Below, one piece after another: positions 31,080 to 45,990 of a stretch of 64,000 nt of DNA. Within the stretch, counting starts at the first letter, position 1. Each line of letters starts with the position of its first letter. The stretch lies in the NCBI GenBank assembly GCA_964016885.1, contig OZ024758.1:19778001-19842000 (forward strand), given 5' to 3'. Both the position numbers and the translations under genes were made by a program. The DNA is from Eledone cirrhosa. Its lineage: Eukaryota. The notes below the pieces were generated by a model. It worked only from the letters and a program-made list of their open reading frames with translations. It was not told the origin of the DNA and did not search any database.

Positions 31080-33047
31080 CTGAAATGTTGCAGTGTATTG
31101 ACTTAAAACGTGAAATAATAAAACCTTAGAACATAGGCTTGGGTATATGTATATACGCTGTTTCCCTGCGTGGGTGTACCTCTCAGGTTGTAAATAAATT
31201 GCGAATATCCTTATGAGAGTTTTGTTGTATCATTTGAGTGTTGTATCATGTGAGATATTTAATTTTACTGGTATGAATATATATACATATATATATATTA
31301 TACAATTTAGGTATATTTTTATTTCCTTCTTTGCATTTCCGATTACATCTGCACGACATTATAGCTTAGCGATAGTTATATGTAAAATATTAAAGTAATA
31401 GAAATATCTTGCCTTATTTGTAATGTATAATGATGTCAATCATACGATGAACTACACTGCGTGGCATTCCTGTTAAATATTGATGGTATTTTTTCATTGT
31501 TACTTTATCATATAGCTGCAGGCCTACGTAGCAACATGTCAGTTTATCCTCTATAATATACCTATGTGATGAGTGTAAATATATATATTTAACTCAACAT
31601 AAAATCTGCAACTATATTTACCTTGTCTTATGAATTTTTTTTTCCCATCGACTTAGTGTCACAACTCTAATATAGACAGATATCTGAAGTTACAAACATA
31701 GATTTAGACAGGCATAGAAACAGGTGAAGATAGACGTATATACGTCAGATGCAGCATTTTCTATTGCTTGGTTTTCGATATAATATGTATGATAGCTGCA
31801 AACCCTGCTAAGTGTATTGTAATCACTTGTTAGGCTATAGAAAATGGTGTACTATTAGGCTATGGTCAGCCACACAAACATGTAACGGATCCCGAACAAG
31901 CAATCCCTGTGAGTTAAAATGTTCATTTCAGTAGGCAAAGGCCTTGCACGCGACCCATCTCACTCTCTGAGCCTCAAACAATCTCCCCTAAAAGAAGAAC
32001 TAGTCAAAATCATAAGATGCTTAAGAAGTCACAGGGTTGTTTCTTTCCTTTCAGAGTTTCCCTCTCTTAGAATGGTGCTGTGACATCGAATGGGGGATTT
32101 TCGGTTCCAGGTGAAAGAAAACTACAGTTTGGATGTCCGTTGATTCTGCTGAGTTCCTCCACCGATTGCCGGGTCGTGTATTTCATCCAGCAATATGTCC
32201 AAATATCACGCTCCTCGCCAGGCTAGCTTGGTGGGGTTGCCGGTTTTGTCGCCAACGACGAGAATATGAGACAGGTTGTACTGGGTTACATGTTACTAGT
32301 AACATTCGAGAGCAACCTGACATCTATATATATATATATATACATATATGTATATATATGAGAGAGAGAGAGAGAGAGAAGAGAGAGAGAGAACCAGACT
32401 CAAAAAATACTCTATTTTGCATTATCCCTTTTAACTAAAAACACTTTTCAAAAACATTCTGTGACAGCCGGATGGATCAGACAAACGTGTTGGACTGACA
32501 ATGATTAAAATCACTATTATAATAACAATCAGATTCCGTCTCTGCTTTAATCAGTAATATGTGATGTATCACATACTTGTAATATTAAACTGTCAGCCAA
32601 ATGCGTATGGAAATACTTTGTCCGTATTCATGTTAGGCATTTATTAAATTATGTTATATCATCAATTTGATAGCATCATATTATTATTGCATGAAACATG
32701 ATTTAATGAAATAATATGAATAGTAAAACTTCAGGATTTCTGCTATAATTTCAATATACATGTGTCAAGAACGCATTTTAAAATTTCAGTATTAAAAGAT
32801 GTCTACCAACACAAAAAATGTAAGAATATATGAGACACTAGATATGTCATATGTCAGAACATTCGATTTCCAAATGCTTTTATTCATTAATAATATCCAT
32901 ACACTTAAATCACAATCTCATGCACACATAGAAATGCAGATATATGCTGATCGTCAGATTAACGTATATGTGTATATTCATATAGGTTTGTGCGTTTATG
33001 TGGGTAGGCATGTGTGCGTAATTTTAAATGCGTGTATAATTTTGTGC

Positions 33048-33190
<143 letters not shown>

Positions 33191-33657
33191 CGCGTGTGTA
33201 CATAATTCCGTGCGATTGTTTGTGCATTTGGCACACCCAGAAGATACCATGCTTCCCATCATTTTCAAGTCTAATTAGACATATTTATTTGTCATGTGTG
33301 GTATGATAACCTAGGTAAAATTATAATAAAAAATTATACTACATACCACTATCAAAGGTATTAATTTTATTATTCCTATGATGCAAGTTGTTATATGTAT
33401 CTTAAAAGTCGTTATGTTTATTGTTCTTGTTGGCTATGTTATTCTTATTGCCGTTATGCTTTTAGGAAATGCAGGCACGATAATAAATTTATGAAGGATA
33501 TAATTCTATATGGAGAGATTGTACATAATATTTATAACAACGCACAATGTTTTATAAACGAGGAAATATGAATATTTGATATATTGTATGTAAATGTAAA
33601 TATGTTATTGTTTCTTTTACATATATATACACAGTCGCCCCCATAAAGACACATACG

Positions 33658-33688
<31 letters not shown>

Positions 33689-33885
33689 ATGTGCGTATGT
33701 ATATGGTGAGTTAATATTCGTGATGTATGTATATGACCCTATGCAGGGGTGCCTGTATGTATCAGTTTTACACATGCATACAGGCACGTATATATATACA
33801 TGCATATGTATGTATATGGTGGCTGGATATTCGTGATCTATGTGTATGGCCTCATGTAAGGTTATCTCTGTGTGTGATTTACACA

Positions 33886-33932
<47 letters not shown>

Positions 33933-34519
33933 ACATATTTGTTTACGAATCTATGTGAAGCGTTGCAAATATTGCTTTTAATACATTATATATAGCAAGC
34001 AGGGGAACAGAAATGCTTTAATATTCATAAGAAAAGTTTGTTGAAATAGAAAGTGTTGTACATTGTTACATTCCAAGCGGTTATCTTTAAGAGAAATAAT
34101 CGGAAAATATTATTGAAAAATATAGTGTATTGTCTTATGGGGATTGAGTAATATATGAGAAATATTAATAAATTCGAAATATTTCGAAGTATGGGAAAAT
34201 AATTTCAAAATATAGATCTTCACTTTTGGGATTAGTCCTTCGTCTGAAGTAATTATATAATATGTACAATTGGCAGCAGGTATCTCAGGTTTTCTATAGT
34301 TTGGTTTATTTACTACAGAGGTAATGTTTGAGATTATACTCCATATAGTAATCTGTGGGAAGTGTGTTATTGTTTCAACTGATGAGTGCTGTGGTGTGTT
34401 GTAACACAATATTATTGCATGTTAAATGAATGAAAGGTACTAAAATCGAAACATCACTATTCAATTTAACATAAATGGGAACATTTTAAATCAATGCTGC
34501 AAATTTGAATTGGCAGCGT

Positions 34520-35010
34520 CACAACTACATGTAAAAACGCATGGATTTGCTATTGCAAATTACGATAATTTGGTGCGACTGTGAGTCACAAATCACTGAG
34601 GCGATATACAGCAATATCTTCATGCGACGGAAATATTGCGGCAAACATACCGTTCAAAGATACCGGACTTCTGGTAAGAGGGTGGGAAATCCACCTTCAT
34701 ATCATAGGAAACTGCAGGATAGACACAGCCTAATTAGAAACGCTATTTCACTTACTCTGGAATACCAGAGCCATCAGTTTTCCTTCTAGAACATTATTTC
34801 TTCCAAATTGACGAGGAGTGTTTACAATGGAAACGCTAAACATATCTTCATGGTTTGTAACAAATAAAATAAGAATACATGGTTGTTGCCAGAGGACTGT
34901 TTAAACTAATGAAACACGTTTGAAGACATGGGTCACAGGAAAATAGCTCTACAGTGAGCCTGCTAAATTGAGAACCCCTAACATCAAGACACTAATAAAA
35001 AAATATATTT
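34520..35010 (+). mobile_element. Possible highly decayed Tc1-like transposase remnant
   Basis: Broken motifs GNAKH, SWFVTNKIR and LN..KHV resembling DNA.H...WF....I...LNPIE.VW; many lesions. Confidence 0.25.
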
Positions 35011-35782
35011 ATGGTTATCTGAATGCACAATTCAATATCAATAGCAAAGGTATATCATTCCGTGTACATTTCGGTCCAGAAAAGGGAACTAACTTGCATT
35101 TTCATTTTTAAAAATATATATTTTCGTACTATATACATGAAACAAAAATGGAAGTTCTGCAAATCCCACGAGATATTTGCCACACCTGTGACCGAAACCT
35201 CTATCTCAGATTAGTAATAGTCAGTCTTCTACGAATACATAAAGCTGAAACCCAATTAAAAATGAACAAAATGTGACGTTCTTTGTTAACTAGAGCAGGA
35301 CGAATAATTTAATGTTAGATATGTGTGTGAATGTGCGAAACAAGTGTAACACACAATACATTCTGTTCAGATGCATCACTAATTTTACGTTTTATATTAT
35401 ATCAGACTCTGCCCTGTAAGAACGTAGAGTGCTCAACCGGCATACCGCCTATGGAAGCATCTTAGCTACCATCAGATACACACACACGCACACGCACGCA
35501 TGCACGCACGGACGCACGTACGCACATACATACATAGTGACGAAATATAAGTCAATTGTATGAACTCATAATCCTTTATTTGCTGCTATATATATTTCAA
35601 TGATATCCATTGAATGGCTATGGCCTCATCAGGCAGTTAGTCAGTTCTTAGATATGTCATCTCTGTGTTTTTGGTGTTGATGGTTTCAGAGCCTTGAGAC
35701 ATATGAACTTGTTAGGGATAATTTAATGTTGTCAGCAAGAATAATCTTAATTCTCATTGGTCAGTTTATACATGTATAAATA

Positions 35783-35829
<47 letters not shown>

Positions 35830-35857
35830 ATATATACATAATATACATGTATAAATA

Positions 35858-35902
<45 letters not shown>

Positions 35903-36001
35903 AAATATATATATATATATATATATGATATACATGTATAAATATATTTATATATATACATAAATAACAAAGAACGCCTATAGCATATGCATATCTTTAC
36001 T

Positions 36002-36047
36002 TGCTAACATTGTTTCATCCGCACTATAAGTGGGACTCATCAGAGCA
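36002..36047 (-). ncRNA. Type I hammerhead ribozyme motif (left arm)
   Basis: Exact reverse complement of 38851-38896. Confidence 0.85.
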
Positions 36048-36620
36048 TAAAGGTTAATTACATACCATACAAGCAATAACACATCCAAGACATTGAAGAA
36101 TGAAAAATAATAATAGACGATAAAGGATATTAAGGAAGTAAAAGTAAAAATAAAGATAAGAATAAAAATAAAAATAAAAATAAGATAATAAAATAAACAA
36201 TGAAAATAAGGGGTGCTATCAGTCACAGTTGGGCGGGGTGCTGTGCTGTCAACATATAGTTACATACAAGCATACACATGGATAAGAGAACAGACAAGAG
36301 TAGATAAGATAGATGGGATTAGGTAAGAGTAGGTAAAAAATAGGTGAAAAACAGACTTATAATATATATAAGAAAATATAAAGAAATACATAACAAACTT
36401 ACATATAAAATATAAAATATACAGATAATAGTGATACAGGGTAAGGAATGAGATAAAATAATATAAAATTAAAATTAAAATTATATAAAATAGAACATAA
36501 TATAATATAATCATAAAATAAGATAAAATAAGGTAAACTAAAATCAAATAACATAGACTAAATTAAAATAATATAATATAAGATATAATTAAATGTATAA
36601 TTAAATGTAATTAAATGTAA

Positions 36621-36652
<32 letters not shown>

Positions 36653-38125
36653 AAATTAAATAAATAAATAAAATTTAAATTTAAATAAATAAATAAATAA
36701 GTAAATAAATAAATAAATAAATAAATGGAGTTAAATAAGTAAATAAATAAAATTAGATAACATGAAATGAAATAAAATAAAATAAAATGAAATAAAGTAA
36801 ATTGAGATAAGATATATATTTTTTTAGAATATATCTCTTGAATATATCAGGGGCCCCACGAAGGCACTAAGTGTCACAGTTATGTGTATCACTTGACCAT
36901 TTTTTTTAAATATATTTCTTGAAAACATCAGGGGCCCACGAAGGCACTAAGTGTCACAGTCACCAGTATCACTTGACCATTGCAAGGCAATGGAGGCGTC
37001 CCGGGTTGGGCAGTCTCAAAAGTTCACTCGAAAGTCGCGGGTGTGCATTCACACACTTGAGCGGTGGGGTAATCACAAACCGGTTCACACCCGGGCAGGA
37101 GTCCAATGGTCAGAGAGAAGTGCATCGAAGGAAGGTAGAAGAATTCACGTGCATTAGCAAGCGAGGTGCAGGCGGGTTAGCCAAAGCAAGCAGACACAAT
37201 TGTAGCGCATACAAAAGATATATAAAAAGACAGAAGATATATAAAAAATAGCTTCAAGAGCCATTAAGTCAACTTTATTTTACTACATCTCATCGTATGT
37301 ATTTATTTTGAATGTATTACCTGTGGTGGTGGGTCTGGTCTAATGTGGTATTTCGGTGTTTAATATCAGCTTTGACCCGGGTGTCCTACGCTGTGTGTGT
37401 GTGCGTGTGTGTCCGTGTATACATTTATATGTGTATAGGTGTAGGTGGTTGTATGTGTCTGTATATAAAAAAAAAATATATATATATATGTATACCGTCT
37501 CTGCATATGCATGTGGTGTGTATATGTGCATATACGTGCTGAACATATTGATGTGTACAATCTTGTGATGTCCCAATGCGGTGACTTAATGGCTCTTGAA
37601 GCTATTTTTTATATATCTTCTGTCTTTTTATATATCTTTTGTATGCGCTACAATTGTGTCTGCTTGCTTTGGCTAACCCGCCTGCACCTCGCTTGCTAAT
37701 GCACGTGAATTCTTCTGCCTTCCTTCGATGCACCTCTCTCTGACCATTGGACTCCTGCCCGGGTGTGAACCGGTTTGTGATTACCCCACCGCTCAACTGT
37801 GTGAATGCACACCCGCGACTTTCGAGTGAACTTTTGAGACTGCCCAACCTGGGACGCCTCCATTGCCTTGCAATGGTCAAGTGATACTGGTGACTGTGAC
37901 ACTTAGTGCCTTCGTGGGTCCCTGATGTTTTCAAGAAATATATTTTTAAAAAATGGTCAAGTGATACACATAACTGTGACATTTAGTGCCTTCGTGGGCC
38001 CCTGATATATTCAAGAGATATATTCTAAAAAAATATATATCTTATCTCAATTTACTTTCTTTCATTTTATTTTATTTTATTTCATTTCATGTTCTAATTT
38101 TATTTATTTACTTATTTAACTCCAT

Positions 38126-38160
<35 letters not shown>

Positions 38161-38229
38161 CTTATTTATTTATTTATTTATTTATTTAAATTTAAATTTA
38201 AATTTTAATTTTATTTATTTATTTAATTT

Positions 38230-38261
<32 letters not shown>

Positions 38262-38850
38262 TTACATTTAATTACATTTAATTATACATTTAATTATATC
38301 TTATATTATATTATTTTAATTTAGTCTATGTTATTTGATTTTAGTTTACCTTATGTTATCTTATTTTATGATTATATTATATTATGTTCTATTTTATATA
38401 ATTTTAATTTTAATTTTATATTATTTTATCTCATTCCTTACCCTGTATCACTATTATCTGTATATTTCTTATTTTATATGTAAGTTTGTTATGTATTTCT
38501 TTATATTTTCTTATATATATTATAAGTCTGTTTTTCACCTATATTTTACCTACTCTTACCTAATCCCATCTATCTTATCTACTCTTGTCTGTTCTCTTAT
38601 CCATGTGTATGCTTGTATGTAACTATATGTTGACAGCACCCCGCCCAACTGTGACTGATAGCACCCCTTATTTTTCATTGCTTATTTTTCATTGTTTATT
38701 TTATTATCTTATTTTCATTTTTATTTCTATTTTTATTCTTATCTTTATTTTTACTTTTACTTCCTTAATATCCTTTATCGTCTATTATTATTTTTCATTC
38801 TTCAATGTCTTGGATTTGTTATTGCTTGTATGGTATGTAATTAACCTTTA

Positions 38851-38896
38851 TGCTCTGATGAGTCCCACTTATAGTGCGGATGAAACAATGTTAGCA
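38851..38896 (+). ncRNA. Type I hammerhead ribozyme motif (right arm)
   Basis: UGCU-CUGAUGA-GUCC-CAC(UUAUA)GUG-C-GGAU-GAAA-C(AAU)G-UU-AGCA: canonical core, all three helices form. Confidence 0.85.
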
Positions 38897-39292
38897 AGTA
38901 AAGATATGCATATGCTATAGGCGTTCTTTGTTATTTATTATATCACGGCTCTGTCCTCAGACATTGAGCTAACCTTATACTGCCTGCTGGATAAGTGGAG
39001 TGTTATACACCCCTGATCCTCTCCCTAGTATACTATATATATATACATGTATAAATATATATATATAGATATACATGTATAAATATATATATATATATAT
39101 ATATGTATAAATATATATATATATACATGTATATATGCATGTATAAATATATTTATATATATATATACATGTATAAATATATTTATATATATATATATAC
39201 ATGTATAAATATATTTATATATATATACATGTATAAATATATTTATATATATATATATATACATGTATAAATATATATATATACATGTATAA

Positions 39293-39324
<32 letters not shown>

Positions 39325-39341
39325 AAATATAGATATACATG

Positions 39342-39394
<53 letters not shown>

Positions 39395-39484
39395 AAATAT
39401 ATATATATATACATGTATAAATATATATATATATATATATATACATGTATAAATATATATATATATATATATATACATGTATAA

Positions 39485-39524
<40 letters not shown>

Positions 39525-39611
39525 AAATACATATATATATATATATATACATGTATAAATACATATATATATATATATATACATGTATAAATATATATAT
39601 ATATATACATG

Positions 39612-39654
<43 letters not shown>

Positions 39655-39662
<8 letters not shown>

Positions 39663-39875
39663 ATACTTTGGGAGGTTCATGTTGCCAATAAGAAACACAC
39701 GCACCTGTTGCTTTCACTTCAATTTATTATATATTTATAAATTTATATAATAAATTGAAGTGAAGCGACTGGTGCGTGTGTTTCTTATTGGCAACATGAC
39801 CCTCCCAAAGTATAACAATATCGGATTCAACACACGAATTCAGATAGAGAATCTTGCTAAACAAATTCAGAAATG

Positions 39876-39878
<3 letters not shown>
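39655..39878. mobile_element. Fold-back of PLE terminal sequence (arms about 83 bp, centre ~39738, tail 39821-39878)
   Basis: tattgttatactttgggagg...atttataaat...cctcccaaagtataacaata; same sequence as 6355-6500. Confidence 0.9.
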
Positions 39879-39914
<36 letters not shown>

Positions 39915-39926
39915 TATATATACATG

Positions 39927-40010
<84 letters not shown>

Positions 40011-40017
<7 letters not shown>

Positions 40018-40230
40018 ATACTTTGGAAGGTTCATGTTGCCAATAAGAAACACACGCACCTGTTGCTTTCACTTCAATTTATTATATATTTATAAATTTA
40101 TATAATAAATTGAAGTGAAGCGACTGGTGCGTGTGTTTCTTATTGGCAACATGACCCTCCCAAAGTATAACAATATCGGATTCAACACACGATTTCAGAT
40201 AAAGAATCTTGCTAAACAAATTCAGAAACG

Positions 40231-40233
<3 letters not shown>
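40011..40233. mobile_element. Tandem duplicate of the 39655-39878 fold-back
   Basis: Near-identical copy about 355 bp downstream. Confidence 0.9.
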
Positions 40234-40265
<32 letters not shown>

Positions 40266-40277
40266 TATATATACATG

Positions 40278-40406
<129 letters not shown>

Positions 40407-40429
40407 ATATATATATGTATATATACATG

Positions 40430-40518
<89 letters not shown>

Positions 40519-41491
40519 GTGTGTCTGTTTAGGTCGGCATTATATCTAATAGAAATGCATATTATAATAACATGTTACAGAGGCGAATATTGTCATAAAT
40601 TATTTTTTACGTCCATTATTGAACGGAAGTTAATTGTATAAAATTTGACTATGAAATATACATTAAGCTATATTAATATGACATTCCGCTTTATAAATCT
40701 ATGGTTAATATATCTTATAAATTATACAGCTTCTGACATAGTCAATATTTAAAAATAATGTAGAATTTACATTAGGGAATGCATTTAAATGTATTAACAA
40801 AGATATACAAAAAATGTAAATGTTTGTACATATATTTCTTTTATAACATTTTATATCGTAGTTTCACCCACATCAGATTCACCCACATCGGCTATATTGC
40901 AGGTGGGAGGTCACTGTTAATTTCCTAGCATTACCTTCCTGCTGTGATATACAGAAGAATCGTTGTATACAATTATATTGACACAAATATGTTTTTGTTA
41001 TTTCTATTATCGATCTTGTAAAAGTAGGGGGGTGATAGACAAAATTTGCTACAAACTTACACGATAATCCTTCTCTCTAACGACAAAAAAATAAAATGCC
41101 ATGATGTATATTTGTTCGAAACATCAAAATTGTTCATTCCATACCATGAAAACATCCTTCCGATATATGTTGGGTAAATTTTGAAAGAACACACGTGATA
41201 TCCTTTTGTTCAATCATAGAGGTAATAGCCGTAATAACTCCCTTTTGAGGAACTATTTCAAACTGTAAATCTCATCAGAAGGATTACAACGCAGGGAACT
41301 GTACTAAGTAATCACATAGTGGTGTTAAAGTGAGCGACGTGAGAATGGAGGAAGTTATTTAATTGTAATTATCTATTCTCCTCAAAGACGGTTAACGATA
41401 TAACAAAAATAATTATATACACAGTTTGATATTTGATAGCTGAGAGCTATCTCCGGATACACATCATCATTATTGGAGGGACAATCGAGAG

Positions 41492-41556
<65 letters not shown>

Positions 41557-42198
41557 CAACCTACTTAATTAATCTACTGGTGTTTAAAATACGGAAAAAA
41601 TAGTTACCAAGGACGTTGACCAATGGAAACATTTTTGAAGTTATAAGAACGAAATCAACCAAAATAAATACATTTTATGAAAATCTTTGGAGTTGTAGAA
41701 GAGAAATCATCCTAGCAACAATTGTTCTTGAATCTAAAATGAAAGATGATGTACTTGCAGAAGATTAATTATTTTTACAGGGATAATTCATATCATGCAA
41801 GGATATAATAACGTATTTCAAATGACAAGACGAAATATAACAAGTATCCCAACCGAGGCTCTCTAATTATTTATAAGCACTAAAGGAAAACTGGACATCA
41901 AAACTTTTTTATCTCGTCCGATGCAACAATAATATTGACTGTAATTTCAGGAAGGTTTTATGATTATATACACAAGTGAAGTAGTGTGGAAGACGTTATA
42001 ATGGCTTCCAAACTACAGAGCCTGGTGAGAAATATGTTCAAACCCAGTAAAATTAAATAATTAATAACTTTAAATTAAATAGCAGCGTGCCGAGTATGAT
42101 TCAGATAGCGACATCTAATGTTTTGTTTCTGGCTAAACTAATTATGCAATCCGAACCTAATAGTGTCGCCAGCATCTTACGTAACCAGGCCATTCAAT

Positions 42199-42230
<32 letters not shown>

Positions 42231-42404
42231 ACTTTGCAGCAATAAAGTTTGAAGACTAAAATCCAAAGAGGGATTGATAAGGATAAATATATAACAGATA
42301 TATAAGAACCGTAGAGCAAATATATATATATATATATATGTACTATTAATAATACATTCGAAGACTAATATACAAATAGGGCTCGATAGGGCCACGCACA
42401 CATA

Positions 42405-42645
42405 TATAGTGGTAGAACACAGGAACGTAATATCCGTAGTGCTAGAGCACTCAGACAATGGGACGAGTTATGTAGAAGTGGTTACACAACAGATAGTTCA
42501 CCCTACCGAGAACAATTGTTTCACCTTAGCGGATCCTCAGCTCGGAATGGACATGGCTATACAGAACATGTCCATTATGAGCTGAGGATCCGCTAAGGTG
42601 AAACAATTGTTCTCGGTAGGTTGAACTAACTGTTGTGTAACCACT
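42405..42645. mobile_element. Fold-back unit (arms ~42477-42555 / 42567-42645, tail 42405-42476)
   Basis: agtggttacacaacag...aatggacatg-loop-catgtccatt...ctgttgtgtaaccact; abuts (TA)n. Confidence 0.9.
42579..42614 (+). ncRNA. Minimal type I hammerhead motif (mirror copy at 42508-42543 on minus)
   Basis: GAG-CUGAGGA-U-CC(GCUAA)GG-U-GAAA-CAAUUG-UU-CUC; palindromic loop 3. Confidence 0.8.
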
Positions 42646-44764
42646 AATATATATATATATATATAGATGCATATATATGTATGTATATATATGTGTATAT
42701 ATATGTATGTATATATATGTGTATGTATGTATATGTGTATGTATATATATGTATATATATGTGTATGTATATATATGTGTATATATATATATGTGTATAT
42801 ATATATATGTGTATATATATAGATGTGTATATATATATATATGTGTATATATATAGATGTGTATATATATATAGATGTGTATATATATATATAGATGTGT
42901 ATATATATATAGATGTATATATATATATATAGATGAACATTTACCCATCTGTATTGTTGAGGCTTCCAAAACGACCTAAAGAAATATACCTTATTTTTCC
43001 ACAATGCTTCAAGCAAACTTCAATACTCTCATATATATGTATATACATAAGTATTGAAATGTAGTCGTCATAGGTAAAACCATATAGTAATAGTAGGAGA
43101 GTTTATATTTCATAATTAGTACAAACGTGGGTGGGGAAAAATATATCTCATGGCAAATTTCGGGTTGTATGAATATACGTCCTTATTCACATCGTCTGCT
43201 TCAGTTCTATATAATGTTAAGAATTATGAAGAAAAATATTAATGTTTCGGCAAAGTAAATTAAAGAGACAAAATTTATTTATGAGCGTCTCTGAATTTAA
43301 AAGACTGCATACACTCTAAAAACGTCATATGTAAAGAGAATGATAATGTATGAAATAAAAATAAAGATTATTCCTAGACTTCATCTAAAGAAATGTGGGC
43401 TTGTATAATTTGGACTAGTATACGTTATGATTAGGAGAACAGAATTACTTATGACATTCTGGACACAGCAAGTACAATGTACTTATTAGGTATGAGTTGA
43501 AAATGTATTTGTTTTCTATATAAATATATCCATAAAGAACATAACGTATATTGAATAAACTAAAACGATGCAGGAGACATTTATTTAAAGCAGAAAGGGA
43601 AGAGCACTGATCTAACATACTACATATCCAGTTTAGCTGATAAAGAATAATGAACATGAATACTGTTCAGAATGTAGTTTACATAAAGTTATAATTATGT
43701 ACGTGGATTCCTGTAAGGAAATCTATGCAGTCGGAGAAATATAGAAGGTTACTCTATTTCCTAAAAATAAAAGAGGCACGCACTTCTTCGTAATGACAAG
43801 ATATATGTTGACGCAAGACCACTGAAAGAAATAGAAATAAATGCATTAGTTAGGCCTGTCTAGCAGAACTGCTGAGTGATTTTAAGTTGTCCAGCATTGG
43901 AAAGTATTTCCGTAATTAATGGATCTATTACGACTATAGTAAACCTTTTTACCACCTGATGTATTACTACTAGGGTAAACATATAATAATCAAAATCATT
44001 ATCAAATATAAAATATTTGTAAATATAGCTGCAAGTATAAAATTATGATAAATGTTTCCCAGGAAATATTCCTGTTTCTTGGATAGAAAATATTATAGAT
44101 TATAGATAATGTAAGTATTTTGATTGAAGGGAAACATATCAGATAATAGTTTAATACAATTAATAGTAATAGAGGATATTTAGTGATGATAGTGTATGCT
44201 TTTGTGGTAAGCTTCTATTAATTCTTCAACTCACAGGAGGTGATTATATATATAGTTTAGTTAATTTAAAATGCGAATAGAAATTTATGTATGATACATT
44301 AGAGGTAATTGTAATTCAGTTTTCTAAAAAGATAAGAACGTGCAATAAGTACATGAGCTTGCTGAAGCCATTGAGATATAATTCAAATTGAAACATCTTC
44401 AGTTCGAACAAGAAAAGGCTAGAAGCTATTAGAAAGTAAATAGTTATAATTACCACGTTACGAAATCAAATATTCCTTATTTAATAAGATGTAAATACAT
44501 ACATAATTAGATATAACAGAGCTTAACATGGAGAAGGACGTTAACATGAAGAAATATTTAGCAAATGAATATTTCAAAAGGTTTAAGTTAGTGCGTAAAC
44601 CATAGCCATGTATTAAAACGTAGCTTTATTCTGTTTGATTTGTATGATACAATCAACAAATTATATAAACTGAAGTGCCACGATTCTTTTCTTCAAATAA
44701 ATAAAACGTGAGAAGATCTCAATTAAAATTGCACAAAAGTACAGTAGAGATGCGTTGCATAGTT

Positions 44765-45005
44765 GTGTATTGAACTTAGGATTATAATTTCGTGGGTTCG
44801 AATCCAGACTTGGGTTGCGTATTGTGGTGTTGAACAAAATATTTCATTGCATGTTGCTCCAATATAATCAGCGGAAAATGAGTACCAGAAATAACTCTGA
44901 GCGTACATCTACCACGGACTGGCGTCTAGTCGATGGAGGTGTTTTTACTCTGTCACTTCACGCGATGAAACCCAGAAAAGCACCGGCCTAAAGATTCGTT
45001 TGGCT
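44765..45005 (+). mobile_element. tRNA-derived SINE, family B
   Basis: B box GGTTCGAATCC; body similar to 14035-14200. Confidence 0.6.
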
Positions 45006-45429
45006 TAAGGCAGTATTAAGACTTAGATGAATGTATAGCTCATAACTTTGTAAAATAATAACTATAATATGTAAAATTAGAAAGGAATGTTAGTGTGGAG
45101 AAGGAAGTGGGAACCACCAATACATTGAAAGGTGTGTGAATGTAGTGAGCATGGTCTGAGAGAATGAGCCTACTCTGACCATGCCCCTGTAAACGGGATA
45201 GTGTAGAGAGAAGAGGAGCTTCTTGCTAGAATACTCTTGGAGACTAGGGTGGCTTAACATTGGTAGAATTCTTAAGTCATCCCGGTCTGGTACTCCGCTG
45301 TATTGGGAAATTTTAACGTTATGTATTTTATTGTTAACTTTTTCACTTAATTCCATGTAAAGACACTCTGTCCTTGTTTTTATGTCGTCGTTTCGTAGCT
45401 TGTGGTCAATAAATAAATAATTAACAGTG

Positions 45430-45990
45430 ATGATGATGATAATATTATTATATTATTATTATTGGAGTCTCAGTCATTGCTGTTATTTATCTGGAAGGTT
45501 CTTTCAAATGAACATTAAGCCGCTACCTTCAGCCTAAGATATTCAGTACGTATCAGAGGGTTCCTGCTGTTACCTGCAAGTATGACTTTTGAAGTGTCTA
45601 AAAAAGAGGCTGAACTAATGTTCTTTAACCATCCCTGAAAATTCTTTGAGATAGGACCTAGTGTTCCTATGGCAAGCGGGACGACCTTGATTTCATTACA
45701 GTGCCACAACTTTATTAACTCTACAATAAACCGCGATCATCTTTCCTTGTCAAAAAGGCACACCAGGTCAGGCTTATCATGTTCTAATTTCTTGTCTGTC
45801 TGTATCCTGAAATGCCATAGTCCCTTCAATTGAACATTTTCGATCACCGACATTGGCATATGCTCATACCACTATTCCGAATGTGGTAAATAGTGAGTCT
45901 TTGCTAGGTGTTTAAACTCGGATACGATGTGAGCCACGCTCACCTCTGCCTGCACAGATCCGACACAGTGTGCTAGCCCCCTCCTTCTGA
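45430..45990 (-). mobile_element. R4/Dong-like LINE 3' fragment (CCHC plus restriction-like endonuclease)
   Basis: CRICAG...HIVSEFKHLAKTHY, WYEHMP.SVIEN..LWHFRIQTDKKLEHDKPDLV, WHCNEIKVVPLAIGTLG; (AAT)n tail. Confidence 0.8.

Larger units (their letters stand above)
35960..38938. mobile_element. Large inverted repeat (arms 35960-37271 and 37582-38938, 310-bp spacer, unpaired tail 38939-39033); PLE-derived fold-back
   Basis: Mirror ORFs in the track (36919+/37602-, 36260-/38335+, 35978-/38585+) are nearly identical; hammerhead near each outer end. Confidence 0.9.

Noticed and set aside
32055-32110. Possible exon (tttcAG...CAG|GTGAAA)
   Set aside because: The minus strand resembles a LINE 5' UTR motif (gggaaactctga), and the exit phase does not fit the next candidate exon.
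34225-34400. CUGAUGA/AGACGA hammerhead-like seeds (also at 12942, 15676, 49211)
   Set aside because: No matching GAAA and helices.
36919-37982. Mirror ORFs of 110 and 126 aa in the large inverted repeat
   Set aside because: No recognisable domain; they are duplicated only because of the inverted repeat.
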